Shown here piece by piece: positions 9,572 through 18,810 of a stretch of 64,000 nucleotides of DNA. Positions within the stretch are counted from its first letter, which is position 1. Every line of letters starts with the position of its first letter. Made by a program: the position numbers and the translations under genes. The DNA comes from Candidatus Latescibacterota bacterium (GTDB lineage Bacteria > Latescibacterota > UBA2968 > GCA-2709665): contig OZ244937.1 of NCBI GenBank assembly GCA_965222075.1, positions 3,264,001 to 3,328,000 of the forward strand, read 5' to 3'. The notes beneath the pieces were generated by a model. It worked only from the letters and a program-made list of their open reading frames with translations. It was not told the origin of the DNA and made no database searches.

Positions 9572-12055
9572 GTGCGTCTGAAGCTGTTCCCCATTTTTCC
9601 CTTGCTATTTGTTTTTGCCGTTCCTTCGTTTGGGTTCCTGCTCCAGATCAATCAGAACGAGCAGGGCCGCATCGTGACGGCTCACTGGCCTGCAACAAAT
9701 GTCAGGAATGGGATCTCCTTCTGGGTGGATGCGGAGAGTTTCCCTTTTTCCGAAGGGGAAGTACTCCAGATTGTCCGGGACAGCTTTGACGCCTGGGAGG
9801 CGGTCGAGAGCGCCTCTATCGGGTTTCAGGACCGGGGGACGGGCAAGTTTCGGGCTTCAACGACGGACCGGAGAAATGTGATTGTCTACGATGCCACCGG
9901 TGAGGAGGTCGACGCGCCCCGGGAGGTCGGCATTCTGGCCTTTACCCGGATCAACTGGAACGAGCGGGGGGAGATTATCGATGCGGATATTGTTTTTAAC
10001 GGGGGAGGAGAGGGCCGGTTTTCTACCGATCAGACGGGTTCCCAACGGGGGGGGGTCGACCTTCAGGGTGTGATGACCCACGAGATCGGGCATTTTCTGG
10101 GGTTGGGGCATACGCCCTTACAGGGTTCCTTGTCGGTACGCCCGACGATGTACCCTTTCTTTTTTGGCGGGGAGCGTTCGCTGGAGCCGGACGACAGGGC
10201 AGGGGTCTCCGCCCTGTACCCTTCCCCTGCTGCGCTCAACAACGGCGCGATTTCGGGACAGGTGACCCACCCGGACGGACGGGGGGCGTTCGGCGTGCAC
10301 GTGGTGGCCTACACAACCGACACGGAGACGTTCGTGGTCAGCGCCCTTTCGGGGGCTGCCGGGGACGGAGGTGGACGCTATAAGATTTCGGGGCTGCCGC
10401 CCGGGGATTACCAGGTGGCCATCGAGCCTCTGATCGGCTCTGTGACCTCCAGGAACTTCGGGGGGATTTTCAGCCGGGGCTTGGATACGGATTTCCCCCG
10501 CGAGTTCTACGACAATGCGACACTGCAGCGCATCGCACAGGTGATCCGGGTGAGCCCGGGACGGGTGGTGGATGGGGTCGACTTCACCCTGGGTGCGGCT
10601 GTGGCCGGATTTCCCTACTTACAGGATTTGGCGCTGCCTGTGAACACCCCAGACCCTGTGGGTCCCTATCGGGTGCAGGCTCGGGTTAGGGACGATGGGG
10701 GGGTGGCTTCCACCGAGCTGATCTACCGGGTTGACGCAGGACCGTTCCAGACCCTGCCGCTTGGGCGGGGAAGCGGAGATCTCTTTTTTGTGGATATTCC
10801 AGGGCAACCCCAGGGGAGCGTGGTGGAATATCGGCTACTGGCTCGGGATGGAGAGGGCAACGAGACGTCTCTCCCTGCGGAGGGGCTTCCCCTGCTGCGG
10901 TTCGAGGTGTTGAATCTATCGGGCGATCCTGTGCTTTACGTAGCGATGCGTCGTTCTCGGATACTCTCGGTGATCGATACGGGTCCAGGACAGGAGGTGG
11001 CTCGCATCCCCACGGGGGGAGAGGTGCCCCTCAGTGTGGCGCTGACCCCCGATGAGCGGTATCTGTTTGTGGCCAATACGGGTGGGGAGGTGGGAGACAA
11101 CCGGGTGAGTGTGGTGGAGACGGCCACGCACCGGCTGGCGGCGACCATCCGTGTGGGTCGTGCGCCGCTGGACATGGCGATATCGCCGGATGGTCGTTGG
11201 GTGTATGTGACCAATTCGAGGAGCCAGAGCATTTCGGTGATCGATGTGGGTGGGCTTCGGGAGGTGCGCAAGTTTGCGGTGGTGACCGCTCGGGAAGGTC
11301 CCTATGGGATTGTGGTGAGTCTGGATGGGAGGTGGCTTTATGTGACGGATATCGAGGGTGACCGGGTGCTGATCTTAAATGCCAAGACGGGTGTGGCGCA
11401 AAAGCGGATTGATGTGGTGGCCTCGCCCCGTTCGGTTGTGGTTTCCCCCGGGGGGGACCGTCTCTATGTGGCCGGATTTGAGGGGGGGATTTCGGTGGTG
11501 GATCTGGAGGCCGGTGAGGTGGTGGGGACGATTAACACGCCGTCTGCAGGGATTTTCCGGCTGGCGCTTTCGCCGGATGGAAAGCGGCTTTATGCAACGG
11601 ATCGGCTCAATGCGAATCTGCTGGTGGTAGACCTGGATCGCAACCTTGTAACTTCTGTGCTGCCAGCGCTTACCCGGGGGCGGGAGACGCGGGACCTGGT
11701 CGTTTCATCGGATGGGCGTTTGATTTATGTGGCCAACCAGGATTCCAACGATCTGCTGTTTTTCGATGCGGCCTCCCTGCAGATTGTCAAGTCCCTCAGA
11801 ATCGGTGACGGTCCACGTGGGATTGCGGTGGGGTATCGGCCGGTTGCTCGGACGCTTGAGGCTACGGCCCGTGCCGATTTTGACGGGAACGGTCAGGTGG
11901 GCTTTTCGGATTTTGTGCTGTTTGCCAGGGCCTTTGGAACGGCCCCACCCGATCCTCTATTCGAGTCCCGGTTCGACCTGGATGGGAACGGTCAGGTGGA
12001 TTTTTCGGATTTTGTGCTGTTTGCCGGGGTTTTCGGGCTGGAGCAGGGGGCCTGA
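9572..12055 (+). CDS. Secreted matrixin (M10)-type metalloprotease with Ig domains, YVTN beta-propeller and dockerin-like tail
   Basis: Signal peptide; HEIGHFLGLGH and Met-turn PTMYP; SPDGRWVYVTN repeats; two DxDGNGQVxFSDFVLFA repeats. Confidence 0.85.
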   Translation: MRLKLFPIFPLLFVFAVPSFGFLLQINQNEQGRIVTAHWPATNVRNGISFWVDAESFPFSEGEVLQIVRDSFDAWEAVESASIGFQDRGTGKFRASTTDRRNVIVYDATGEEVDAPREVGILAFTRINWNERGEIIDADIVFNGGGEGRFSTDQTGSQRGGVDLQGVMTHEIGHFLGLGHTPLQGSLSVRPTMYPFFFGGERSLEPDDRAGVSALYPSPAALNNGAISGQVTHPDGRGAFGVHVVAYTTDTETFVVSALSGAAGDGGGRYKISGLPPGDYQVAIEPLIGSVTSRNFGGIFSRGLDTDFPREFYDNATLQRIAQVIRVSPGRVVDGVDFTLGAAVAGFPYLQDLALPVNTPDPVGPYRVQARVRDDGGVASTELIYRVDAGPFQTLPLGRGSGDLFFVDIPGQPQGSVVEYRLLARDGEGNETSLPAEGLPLLRFEVLNLSGDPVLYVAMRRSRILSVIDTGPGQEVARIPTGGEVPLSVALTPDERYLFVANTGGEVGDNRVSVVETATHRLAATIRVGRAPLDMAISPDGRWVYVTNSRSQSISVIDVGGLREVRKFAVVTAREGPYGIVVSLDGRWLYVTDIEGDRVLILNAKTGVAQKRIDVVASPRSVVVSPGGDRLYVAGFEGGISVVDLEAGEVVGTINTPSAGIFRLALSPDGKRLYATDRLNANLLVVDLDRNLVTSVLPALTRGRETRDLVVSSDGRLIYVANQDSNDLLFFDAASLQIVKSLRIGDGPRGIAVGYRPVARTLEATARADFDGNGQVGFSDFVLFARAFGTAPPDPLFESRFDLDGNGQVDFSDFVLFAGVFGLEQGA
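11885..12025 (+). repeat. 42-bp direct repeat (11885-11926, 11984-12025) encoding the two dockerin-like Ca loops
   Basis: gggaacggtcaggtgg(gc/at)ttttcggattttgtgctgtttgcc, 40/42 identical. Confidence 0.85.
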
Positions 12056-12147
12056 GGGGACCGGAGGCACTACATAGGCATTGAAAACCCTCTCCAAAGA
12101 TCGTATGGTTAGCTTTAGCAGTTATCTCAACAGCGCGTGTTTGTGGG

Positions 12148-12179
12148 GTCCCGGAAAGATGTTTTTTCGGGGCTTTTTT
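12148..12179 (+). terminator. Probable Rho-independent terminator
   Basis: GTCCCGGAAA...TTTTCGGGGC followed by T6 (includes G-U pairs). Confidence 0.55.
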
Positions 12180-12281
12180 GGTGTGGCAAAATAGTCCTTG
12201 TGGTTTGTTCGGCAGCATACATATATTGAGCGGGGCGATGGGGACACATCCGGGTTTTGTTCACAGGCAGAGGAGGGCGCT

Positions 12282-13142
12282 ATGATCTTTGGGGCGGGGG
12301 CGTTTACTTACAGAATTCAGGAGAGGTGGGGGCGTTTGCCGGAAGGCTGGGCGCTTGGCTGGATTCCGGCGGTGGCGGTCGATTTACAGGACCGCGTCTA
12401 CGTGTACAGCCGGAGCGAGCACCCGATGGTCGTTTTTGACCGGGAGGGGAACTTTCTCACGTTCTGGGGAGACGATGTGCTCAAGGACGCTCACGGGATC
12501 TTTATCGACGCGCAGGGCTGTGTTTACTGTGTGGAGCGGGATACCCACTGCATGCGGAAGTTCACGCCGGAAGGGGAACTGCTGATGACCCTCGGCACGC
12601 CCGATCAGAAGGGCGCGGAGGGCAGGCCGTTTCGCCGGCCGACAGACATCGGTTTCGATTCCACGGGGAACATGTACATTTCCGATGGATACGGCAACAG
12701 CCGCATCCACAAGTATACCCACGAGGGCATGTGGATCACCTCCTGGGGAACGTCGGGGGACGGACCGGGCGAGTTCGACCTGCCCCACTGCGTGCGGGTG
12801 GACCGGAACGACCGGGTGCTGGTGGCAGACCGGTCGAACAACCGGATCCAGATCTTCGATACGGAGGGGAATTATCTGACGGAGTGGGCGGGACTGCACC
12901 AGCCCGATACGGTTTTCATCGGTGAGGATGATATCGTTTACGTGGCGGAGCTGGACCACCGGGTGAGCATCTGGACCTTAGAGGGCGAGCGGCTGACGGA
13001 GTGGGGGCGGGGGGTGTCGAGCGAGGCGCCGGGGGAGTTCCTGGGGCGCCCGCACGGGATCTGGGCCGACTCGCACGGGGATCTCTACGTGGGGGAGGTA
13101 CACGCGGACGGGCGGGTACAGAAGTTCATTCGACAAAGGTAA
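12282..13142 (+). CDS. NHL-repeat protein (peptidylglycine amidating lyase-like beta-propeller)
   Basis: RPTDI...YISDGYGNSRIHK, GPGEFDLPH, VADRSNNRIQIF, PHGIWADSHGDLYVGEV; GAGGAGG RBS before ATG 12282. Confidence 0.88.
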   Translation: MIFGAGAFTYRIQERWGRLPEGWALGWIPAVAVDLQDRVYVYSRSEHPMVVFDREGNFLTFWGDDVLKDAHGIFIDAQGCVYCVERDTHCMRKFTPEGELLMTLGTPDQKGAEGRPFRRPTDIGFDSTGNMYISDGYGNSRIHKYTHEGMWITSWGTSGDGPGEFDLPHCVRVDRNDRVLVADRSNNRIQIFDTEGNYLTEWAGLHQPDTVFIGEDDIVYVAELDHRVSIWTLEGERLTEWGRGVSSEAPGEFLGRPHGIWADSHGDLYVGEVHADGRVQKFIRQR

Positions 13143-13193
13143 GCATGTTCATCGGACACGTTGCCGCAGGACTTGGCGCGAACGGGAGGGCCT

Positions 13194-15926
13194 GTGGATA
13201 CGAGCAAAAAGGCGTCGGATCGGTACGCGGCGTGGGAAAAGAACAGGGATCAGGTGGCGCATCCGGCAACGGTTTACACGGCCGAGGATTTTGCCCGGGC
13301 GAAAGTGAACCTGGAACGCCACGACTGGGCGGTACGGGTGCTGGAGGGCATGAGGACGCAGGTTGCGTACACGCTGGAGCAGGGGACGGGCTACATCGAG
13401 CAGATGATTCCGGTGACCACACCGGGGGGACTTCACTTTACGAACTGTCCGGCGTGTGAGGGAAATGCGATTCACGGGGCGTACGACTGGGATGCGAAAG
13501 ATCCCGAGCGCCTGGTCTGTACGACCTGTGAGACGGTCTATCCCAACGAGAAGTATCCGGAGGATATCGCGTTTCGCGCGGACCAACACGGCGGGGGGCA
13601 GGTGGTTACCTACCACGGTGGGTATTCGTTTGAATTTCACGGGTATCACCTCCGGTCGAGCTGGACGGCGAAGATCCGCGCGCATAAGGTCTCCCACATG
13701 GCGTCGCAGGCACCGACGCTGGCGACGGTCTACGCGCTAACCGGAGATCGGGCCTATGGAGAGGCCGTGCGGGCAATCCTGCTCCGGTTTGCCGAGGTGT
13801 ATCCCAATTACCTGGTCCATTCGAGTTACGGGGAGTGGATCGACCTGCCGCCGCACACAGTGGCCGAACGGATCAACGACCTGCCGGAGGAGGAGTGGAC
13901 AATTCCGCCCAACAGGCCGGACCGGAAGCTCCAGTCGGGATACTGGAATTCGGGCCGGGCGGCTGGGTCCGGAATGGAGGGAGGGTTTATCCGCCAACTG
14001 GCGATTGCCTACGATTTCATCCACGACCTTTTAAGCGAGGAGGAGCGGCTGAAGATCGAAAAGGATCTGCTGATCGAGGGCACGGTCCTGCTGCTGGCCG
14101 ATCCGGCGCTGAACAACAAGAGCGTGACGAACCTGACGGGCGCAGGGCTGGTGGGAATGGCGGTGGGCGACCCGGGCCTGGTGCGGGCAGGCGCGAAGGG
14201 GTTCTGGCATTTTGTGAGGCACTGGTTCCTGTTCGACGGGACCACGTCGGAGTCGCCCGCGTACGGGCTGATGACGATGGGCGGCCTGAGGCAGTTCGGC
14301 GAGGCGCTGCACGGGTACAGCGATCCGGAGGGGTACAGTGCCTCAGACCGGATGGAGGACGTGGATGTGTACGGCGATGGGGACTACCGGGCGGTCTTCC
14401 GGGCGTTCTACGATACGCAGCTTCCGAATCTGAAGTTTCCGGTGTCGGCCGATTCTTACGTGTCCACGGCGCTGGATGCGCACGATGCCGAGCTGATGGT
14501 GGCCCGATACGGCGCTCCGGAGTATCGGGCGCTGCTGCGGGAGCTGTTGGACGGTCCGCCGGAGGAGACCGGCGGGGAGTACGCGCTCTTCCACCGTGAT
14601 CCTGACTTTTCCATACCGGCGGAGGATCGCGTCGTCCTTGACGATCTGTTTTTTCCGGCCCTTCGTATGGGCTATTTCAGGCGGGGCGCAGACGGACGGG
14701 ACGGAGCCGTTATTCTGGATGCCTCTCACTGGGGCGTGCACCACCACCAGGACAGCCTGAACCTGAACCTGTTTATGGAGGGGCACGAGGTTCTCACGGA
14801 TCTGGGATATCTATGGGACCGTCCCGACAAGCAGATGACGGTCCGGACGCCGGCCCACAACCTTGTGGTGGTCGACGAATCGGACCAGCGGACAGAAGGG
14901 CGTCTGGGAAGCCTCCACCTCTTTGATGTCGGACCGTATGTGAAGGTGATCGACTGTTCCTCGGCCGCATACGAACAGGCCGATCTGTACCGTCGGGCCT
15001 GCTTGCTGATCAACCACGGAAGGGATGGGTGCTATCTCGTCGATATTTTCAGCGTGTCGGGCGGGAAGACCCACGATTACCTTTTCCACGGTCCGATCCC
15101 GGGCGTTGATGCCGGGGGTATCACGCTCTCTCCGGCCGATGGACCGGCGCCTTACGATATTCAGAATGTGCAGTGTGCTAAGACAGGTGGTCCGTGGCAC
15201 CTGACCTGGCAGATGGATGCGGCGGTCCGGTTTCGGGCGTGGGCGCTGCCGGGAGCGGGAGAGGATGTGATCATCGGCGAGGGGTGGGGCGAGCGGGGGT
15301 GGGGGCACTTCAATACACCCGATAAGAAGGTGGACGTTCCCTACGTGGTCCGGCGCCGGACCGGAGAGGCCCCGGTCTCGGTTTTTGTAAGTGTGTTCGA
15401 GGTCTACGGTGGGGCGCCGCTGGTGACGGGGCTGAGACGGATGGCCGTGTCCGGAGAGGGCGTGGGGCTGGAGGTTGAGACGCGGCTGGGGAAGGATGTG
15501 ATTGTGGGCGCACTGACGCCGGAGCTTCGGCAGATCGAGACCTCGAAGGGGGCGCTGGAGACGGATGGGCGGTTTACAGTGGCGTCGCCCGGGTTCCTGT
15601 ATCTGGCCGAGGGGACAGAGGCCCGGTTTGGAAAGCGAGAAGTGACCTTGGACAGCGGGCGGCTGGAAGGGGACATGGGGGAGGTCGTGAACGGCAACGA
15701 CGCATCCTATTTCGTCGCCGCCGGCCTGCCCGATGCCGACCGGCTTTTGGACAGAGTTGTGCTTGTGGACAACGGGGAATCGACCACCGGCTACCAGGTC
15801 CGGGGCGTGGATACGGTCGACGGGGAGGGGCGGATTTATACGAAGCAAGACGGGAGGGGCTACGACATCGAGGGTGGAAAGACGTGGGCAGCGCCGCTCT
15901 CGGCATACCAGATACTGCGGGATTGA
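13194..15926 (+). CDS. Heparinase II/III-family (oligo-uronate lyase-like) protein
   Basis: DG..SESPAY, HHHQDSLNL, DLGY.WD, T.AHNLVVVD, Y.R; GTG start after GGAGG. No signal peptide. Confidence 0.78.
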   Translation: MDTSKKASDRYAAWEKNRDQVAHPATVYTAEDFARAKVNLERHDWAVRVLEGMRTQVAYTLEQGTGYIEQMIPVTTPGGLHFTNCPACEGNAIHGAYDWDAKDPERLVCTTCETVYPNEKYPEDIAFRADQHGGGQVVTYHGGYSFEFHGYHLRSSWTAKIRAHKVSHMASQAPTLATVYALTGDRAYGEAVRAILLRFAEVYPNYLVHSSYGEWIDLPPHTVAERINDLPEEEWTIPPNRPDRKLQSGYWNSGRAAGSGMEGGFIRQLAIAYDFIHDLLSEEERLKIEKDLLIEGTVLLLADPALNNKSVTNLTGAGLVGMAVGDPGLVRAGAKGFWHFVRHWFLFDGTTSESPAYGLMTMGGLRQFGEALHGYSDPEGYSASDRMEDVDVYGDGDYRAVFRAFYDTQLPNLKFPVSADSYVSTALDAHDAELMVARYGAPEYRALLRELLDGPPEETGGEYALFHRDPDFSIPAEDRVVLDDLFFPALRMGYFRRGADGRDGAVILDASHWGVHHHQDSLNLNLFMEGHEVLTDLGYLWDRPDKQMTVRTPAHNLVVVDESDQRTEGRLGSLHLFDVGPYVKVIDCSSAAYEQADLYRRACLLINHGRDGCYLVDIFSVSGGKTHDYLFHGPIPGVDAGGITLSPADGPAPYDIQNVQCAKTGGPWHLTWQMDAAVRFRAWALPGAGEDVIIGEGWGERGWGHFNTPDKKVDVPYVVRRRTGEAPVSVFVSVFEVYGGAPLVTGLRRMAVSGEGVGLEVETRLGKDVIVGALTPELRQIETSKGALETDGRFTVASPGFLYLAEGTEARFGKREVTLDSGRLEGDMGEVVNGNDASYFVAAGLPDADRLLDRVVLVDNGESTTGYQVRGVDTVDGEGRIYTKQDGRGYDIEGGKTWAAPLSAYQILRD

Positions 15927-15962
15927 GTTTGCCTAACTTGAACCATTGATTAAGGAGAGGCT

Positions 15963-17267
15963 ATGATACGGTGCGGCGCTGCTGAAGCGGATATCACGCC
16001 TTCGCCCGGATTGGTGCTCCAGGGGCACTGGAGCACCAATCCGTCCCATTCGGTGCTGTATCCGCTGGAGGTGCGGGCGGTTGTGTTCGAGCAAGACGGT
16101 ACGCGCGTGGCGATTGCGACGCTGGACGTGATCGGGGTGACGGCGGAGACGACGGCCCGCATCCGGGAGCGCGTGGAGGAGGCGTGCGGCGTTTCGGGAG
16201 AGGGCGTGATGGTTGCGTGCAGCCACACCCACTGCGCGCCGGCGGCCCTGCCGTCCCTGGGGATGACGCCTCCTGAGGGGTGGCTGGAGCGGATCGAGGA
16301 GGAGACCGTCGGGTGCATTGCCCGGGCGGGCGCCCTCCTCCAGCCGGTGACGTTCGGGGTGGGGTGCGGATCCGTGCATTTTAACACCAGCCGCCGGCCG
16401 CTTGCCAACACGTCGGGTATGGCGTTGAATTATGGGGCGATCGTGGACCGGCGGGCCCGTGTGCTGCGCGTGGAGGGAAAGGACGGGAGTCCGGTGGCGG
16501 TGCTTTTCCACTATTCGTGCCATACGACGACGAAGAGCGGGTCAGAGGGATACATTTCGCCCGATTACGCCGGGGTCGCCCGGCGGGTGATCGAGGAGCG
16601 GCTGGGGTGTAAGGCGCTGTTCTTGGCAGGATGTTTCGGCAATATCCGGGCGGCGATCACGAGCGAGACGGGCGGGTTCGGTTCGGCGACGGAGGAGCAG
16701 CTCGATGGGGTTGGAGGTGAGCTCGGCAGCGAGGTCTGCCGGGTGGCCGAGTCGCTTCGGACACGGCCGGGAATGGAGCTGCTGTCGAGGTGCAGGAAGC
16801 TGGAGGTGCCCTTTGGCGAGTTAGATCCCGAAGAAAAGCTGCGGGAGATGGCCGAGGATACGACCAGCGACCGGGGCAGGCTGCTGACCGGGCCGTGGGC
16901 ACGGAAGGTGCTGGAGATGATCGAGAAGGGGACCGTGCCGGGGAGTAAACCGACGGAGATGCAGTTTATGAGGGTGGGCCCGCTGGCCTGTATTACGATC
17001 CCGGGCGAGCCTGCGCAGGAGATCGGACACGCGATTGAGAAGCGGTTTCGGCCCGAGATAGACGCCGAAGATATCTGGCCGGTAGGGTATGCCAACGACG
17101 AGGTGGGATATCTCTGCACCGAGCGGCACCACGAGGAGGGCGGGTACGAGCCGAATGCGTATCCCTACTATGGAGAACCGGCGCGATTTAAGGACGAGGA
17201 GCGGTTGATTTTAGAGACGGCGGAGGCGCTGGTAAAGGGGAATGCATTGAGATCGGGCCGTTTATAG
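15963..17267 (+). CDS. Neutral/alkaline ceramidase-like amidohydrolase
   Basis: ADITP, SHTHCAP, YSCH, ISPDYAG, PGE, GYAND...GY...EGGYE. Confidence 0.8.
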   Translation: MIRCGAAEADITPSPGLVLQGHWSTNPSHSVLYPLEVRAVVFEQDGTRVAIATLDVIGVTAETTARIRERVEEACGVSGEGVMVACSHTHCAPAALPSLGMTPPEGWLERIEEETVGCIARAGALLQPVTFGVGCGSVHFNTSRRPLANTSGMALNYGAIVDRRARVLRVEGKDGSPVAVLFHYSCHTTTKSGSEGYISPDYAGVARRVIEERLGCKALFLAGCFGNIRAAITSETGGFGSATEEQLDGVGGELGSEVCRVAESLRTRPGMELLSRCRKLEVPFGELDPEEKLREMAEDTTSDRGRLLTGPWARKVLEMIEKGTVPGSKPTEMQFMRVGPLACITIPGEPAQEIGHAIEKRFRPEIDAEDIWPVGYANDEVGYLCTERHHEEGGYEPNAYPYYGEPARFKDEERLILETAEALVKGNALRSGRL

Positions 17268-17275
17268 AGGTGTAG

Positions 17276-18175
17276 ATGAACGCGGTGGAGGAGAAGGAAA
17301 TCGGTTCGGATGCGACAGTAATCGAACGGATTGTGACCTACGGGCGGATGATCAAGTTTTCGCACAGTATTTTCGCCCTGCCGTTTGCGCTGAGTGGGGC
17401 CGCGCTGGCGGGCGCCCGGGCGGAGATCACCGTACAGCAGGTGTTCTGGATTGTGGCCGCGATGGTGGGGGCGCGCAGCGCGGCGATGGGGTTTAACCGG
17501 CTGGTGGACCGGGAGATCGATGCGGACAATCCGCGCACGGCGGTGCGTGAACTCCCCCGGGGGGCGATTTCTCCGGCGGCGGTGCGGGTCTTTGTGGGGG
17601 TCTCTTCGGCGGTGCTGGTCTTTGCGGCATACCAGCTCAATCCACTCTGTTTTGCGCTGTCGCCGGCCGCGCTGGGAATCGTGTTTTCCTACTCTTATAC
17701 CAAGCGGTTTACGTGGGCGACGCAGTTTTTCCTGGGGCTTTCTCTGGCCGTGGCGCCGATCGGGGCGTGGATAGCGATTACGGGCCGCCTGGACCCGGAG
17801 ATTCTGCTGCTGGGAGGGGCGGTGCTGTCCTGGGTGGCGGGGTTCGACGTGATTTACGCGTGCCAGGATGTCGAGTTTGACCGCAGGTACGGGCTCTATT
17901 CGATTCCCCAGCGCTTCGGAATCCGCAGGGCGCTCCTCGTGGCACGGCTGCTTCACGCCGTTTCTTTTGGATTGATGCTTGCGGTGGGCGCAGTTTTGGG
18001 GCTGGGGAAGCTCTATCTGGGGGGGGTGATTGTGGTGGGGCTGCTGATGGTGTACGAAAACCGGCTGGTGCGGCCCGCCGATCTGTCGCGGCTGCCGGTG
18101 GCTTTTATGAATATGAATGCGATCATCAGTGCGGTGTATTTTCTGTGCACGCTTGGGGATGTGCTTCTGATATGA
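17276..18175 (+). CDS. UbiA-family prenyltransferase (MqnP-like, menaquinone futalosine route)
   Basis: IKFSHSIFALPFA, ARSAAMGFNRLVDREIDADNPRT, YSYTKRFT, GFDVIYACQD. Confidence 0.88.
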   Translation: MNAVEEKEIGSDATVIERIVTYGRMIKFSHSIFALPFALSGAALAGARAEITVQQVFWIVAAMVGARSAAMGFNRLVDREIDADNPRTAVRELPRGAISPAAVRVFVGVSSAVLVFAAYQLNPLCFALSPAALGIVFSYSYTKRFTWATQFFLGLSLAVAPIGAWIAITGRLDPEILLLGGAVLSWVAGFDVIYACQDVEFDRRYGLYSIPQRFGIRRALLVARLLHAVSFGLMLAVGAVLGLGKLYLGGVIVVGLLMVYENRLVRPADLSRLPVAFMNMNAIISAVYFLCTLGDVLLI

Positions 18176-18777
18176 ACCGGGTTACCCTTGCCATTACCGG
18201 CGCCAGCGGCGCAATTTACGCGCTGCGCACCCTGCGGGCCCTGCTGAAGAACGGAGACCGGGTGGATCTGATTGTGTCCGAGTGGGGATGGATGATCCTG
18301 CGGGAAGAAGGCGGTTTTGAGGGGAAGCAGAGCGAGTTTGGAGATTTTCTGGTCGACCGGTACAGGGAGGCGGCGGTGGGAAAGGGAGAGATGACGCTTC
18401 ACCAGTTTGGAGATCTGGCCGCCCCGATTTCGAGCGGGTCCGTCCACGCCGGAGGCATGGTGGTGGTGCCCTGCTCGATGGGCACCCTGGCGGGAATTGC
18501 CCACGGGATGTCGAGCAATCTGATCGAACGGGCTGCGAGTGTGACGCTCAAGGAGCAGCGCCCGCTGGTGCTGGTGCCCCGGGAGACGCCGATGAGTCTG
18601 GTTCACCTGAAGAATATGGTCGCCGCAGCCGAGGCGGGCGCTGCGATCGTACCGGCGATGCCCGCCTTCTATCAGAAACCGCAGACATTCGACGATCTGG
18701 CCGATTTTATCGCCGGGCGGATTCTGAATCTACTCGGGCTTTCCCACACGCTCTTCCCGCCCTGGAAGGGCGAATAG
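18172..18777 (+). CDS. ubiX: Flavin prenyltransferase UbiX
   Basis: AITGASG, ISSGS, PCSMGTL, RAA.VTLKE, PRETP, PAFYQKP; ATGA overlap with the upstream gene. Confidence 0.93.
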   Translation: MNRVTLAITGASGAIYALRTLRALLKNGDRVDLIVSEWGWMILREEGGFEGKQSEFGDFLVDRYREAAVGKGEMTLHQFGDLAAPISSGSVHAGGMVVVPCSMGTLAGIAHGMSSNLIERAASVTLKEQRPLVLVPRETPMSLVHLKNMVAAAEAGAAIVPAMPAFYQKPQTFDDLADFIAGRILNLLGLSHTLFPPWKGE

Positions 18778-18810
18778 GCCCGCAACCTTCCCGATAGAAC
18801 AAGCCCGTCA

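Noticed and set aside
12081-12179. Possible short RNA between a TTGAAA-17-TATGGT box and the terminator
   Set aside because: Weak promoter match; the terminator is explained by the upstream gene run.
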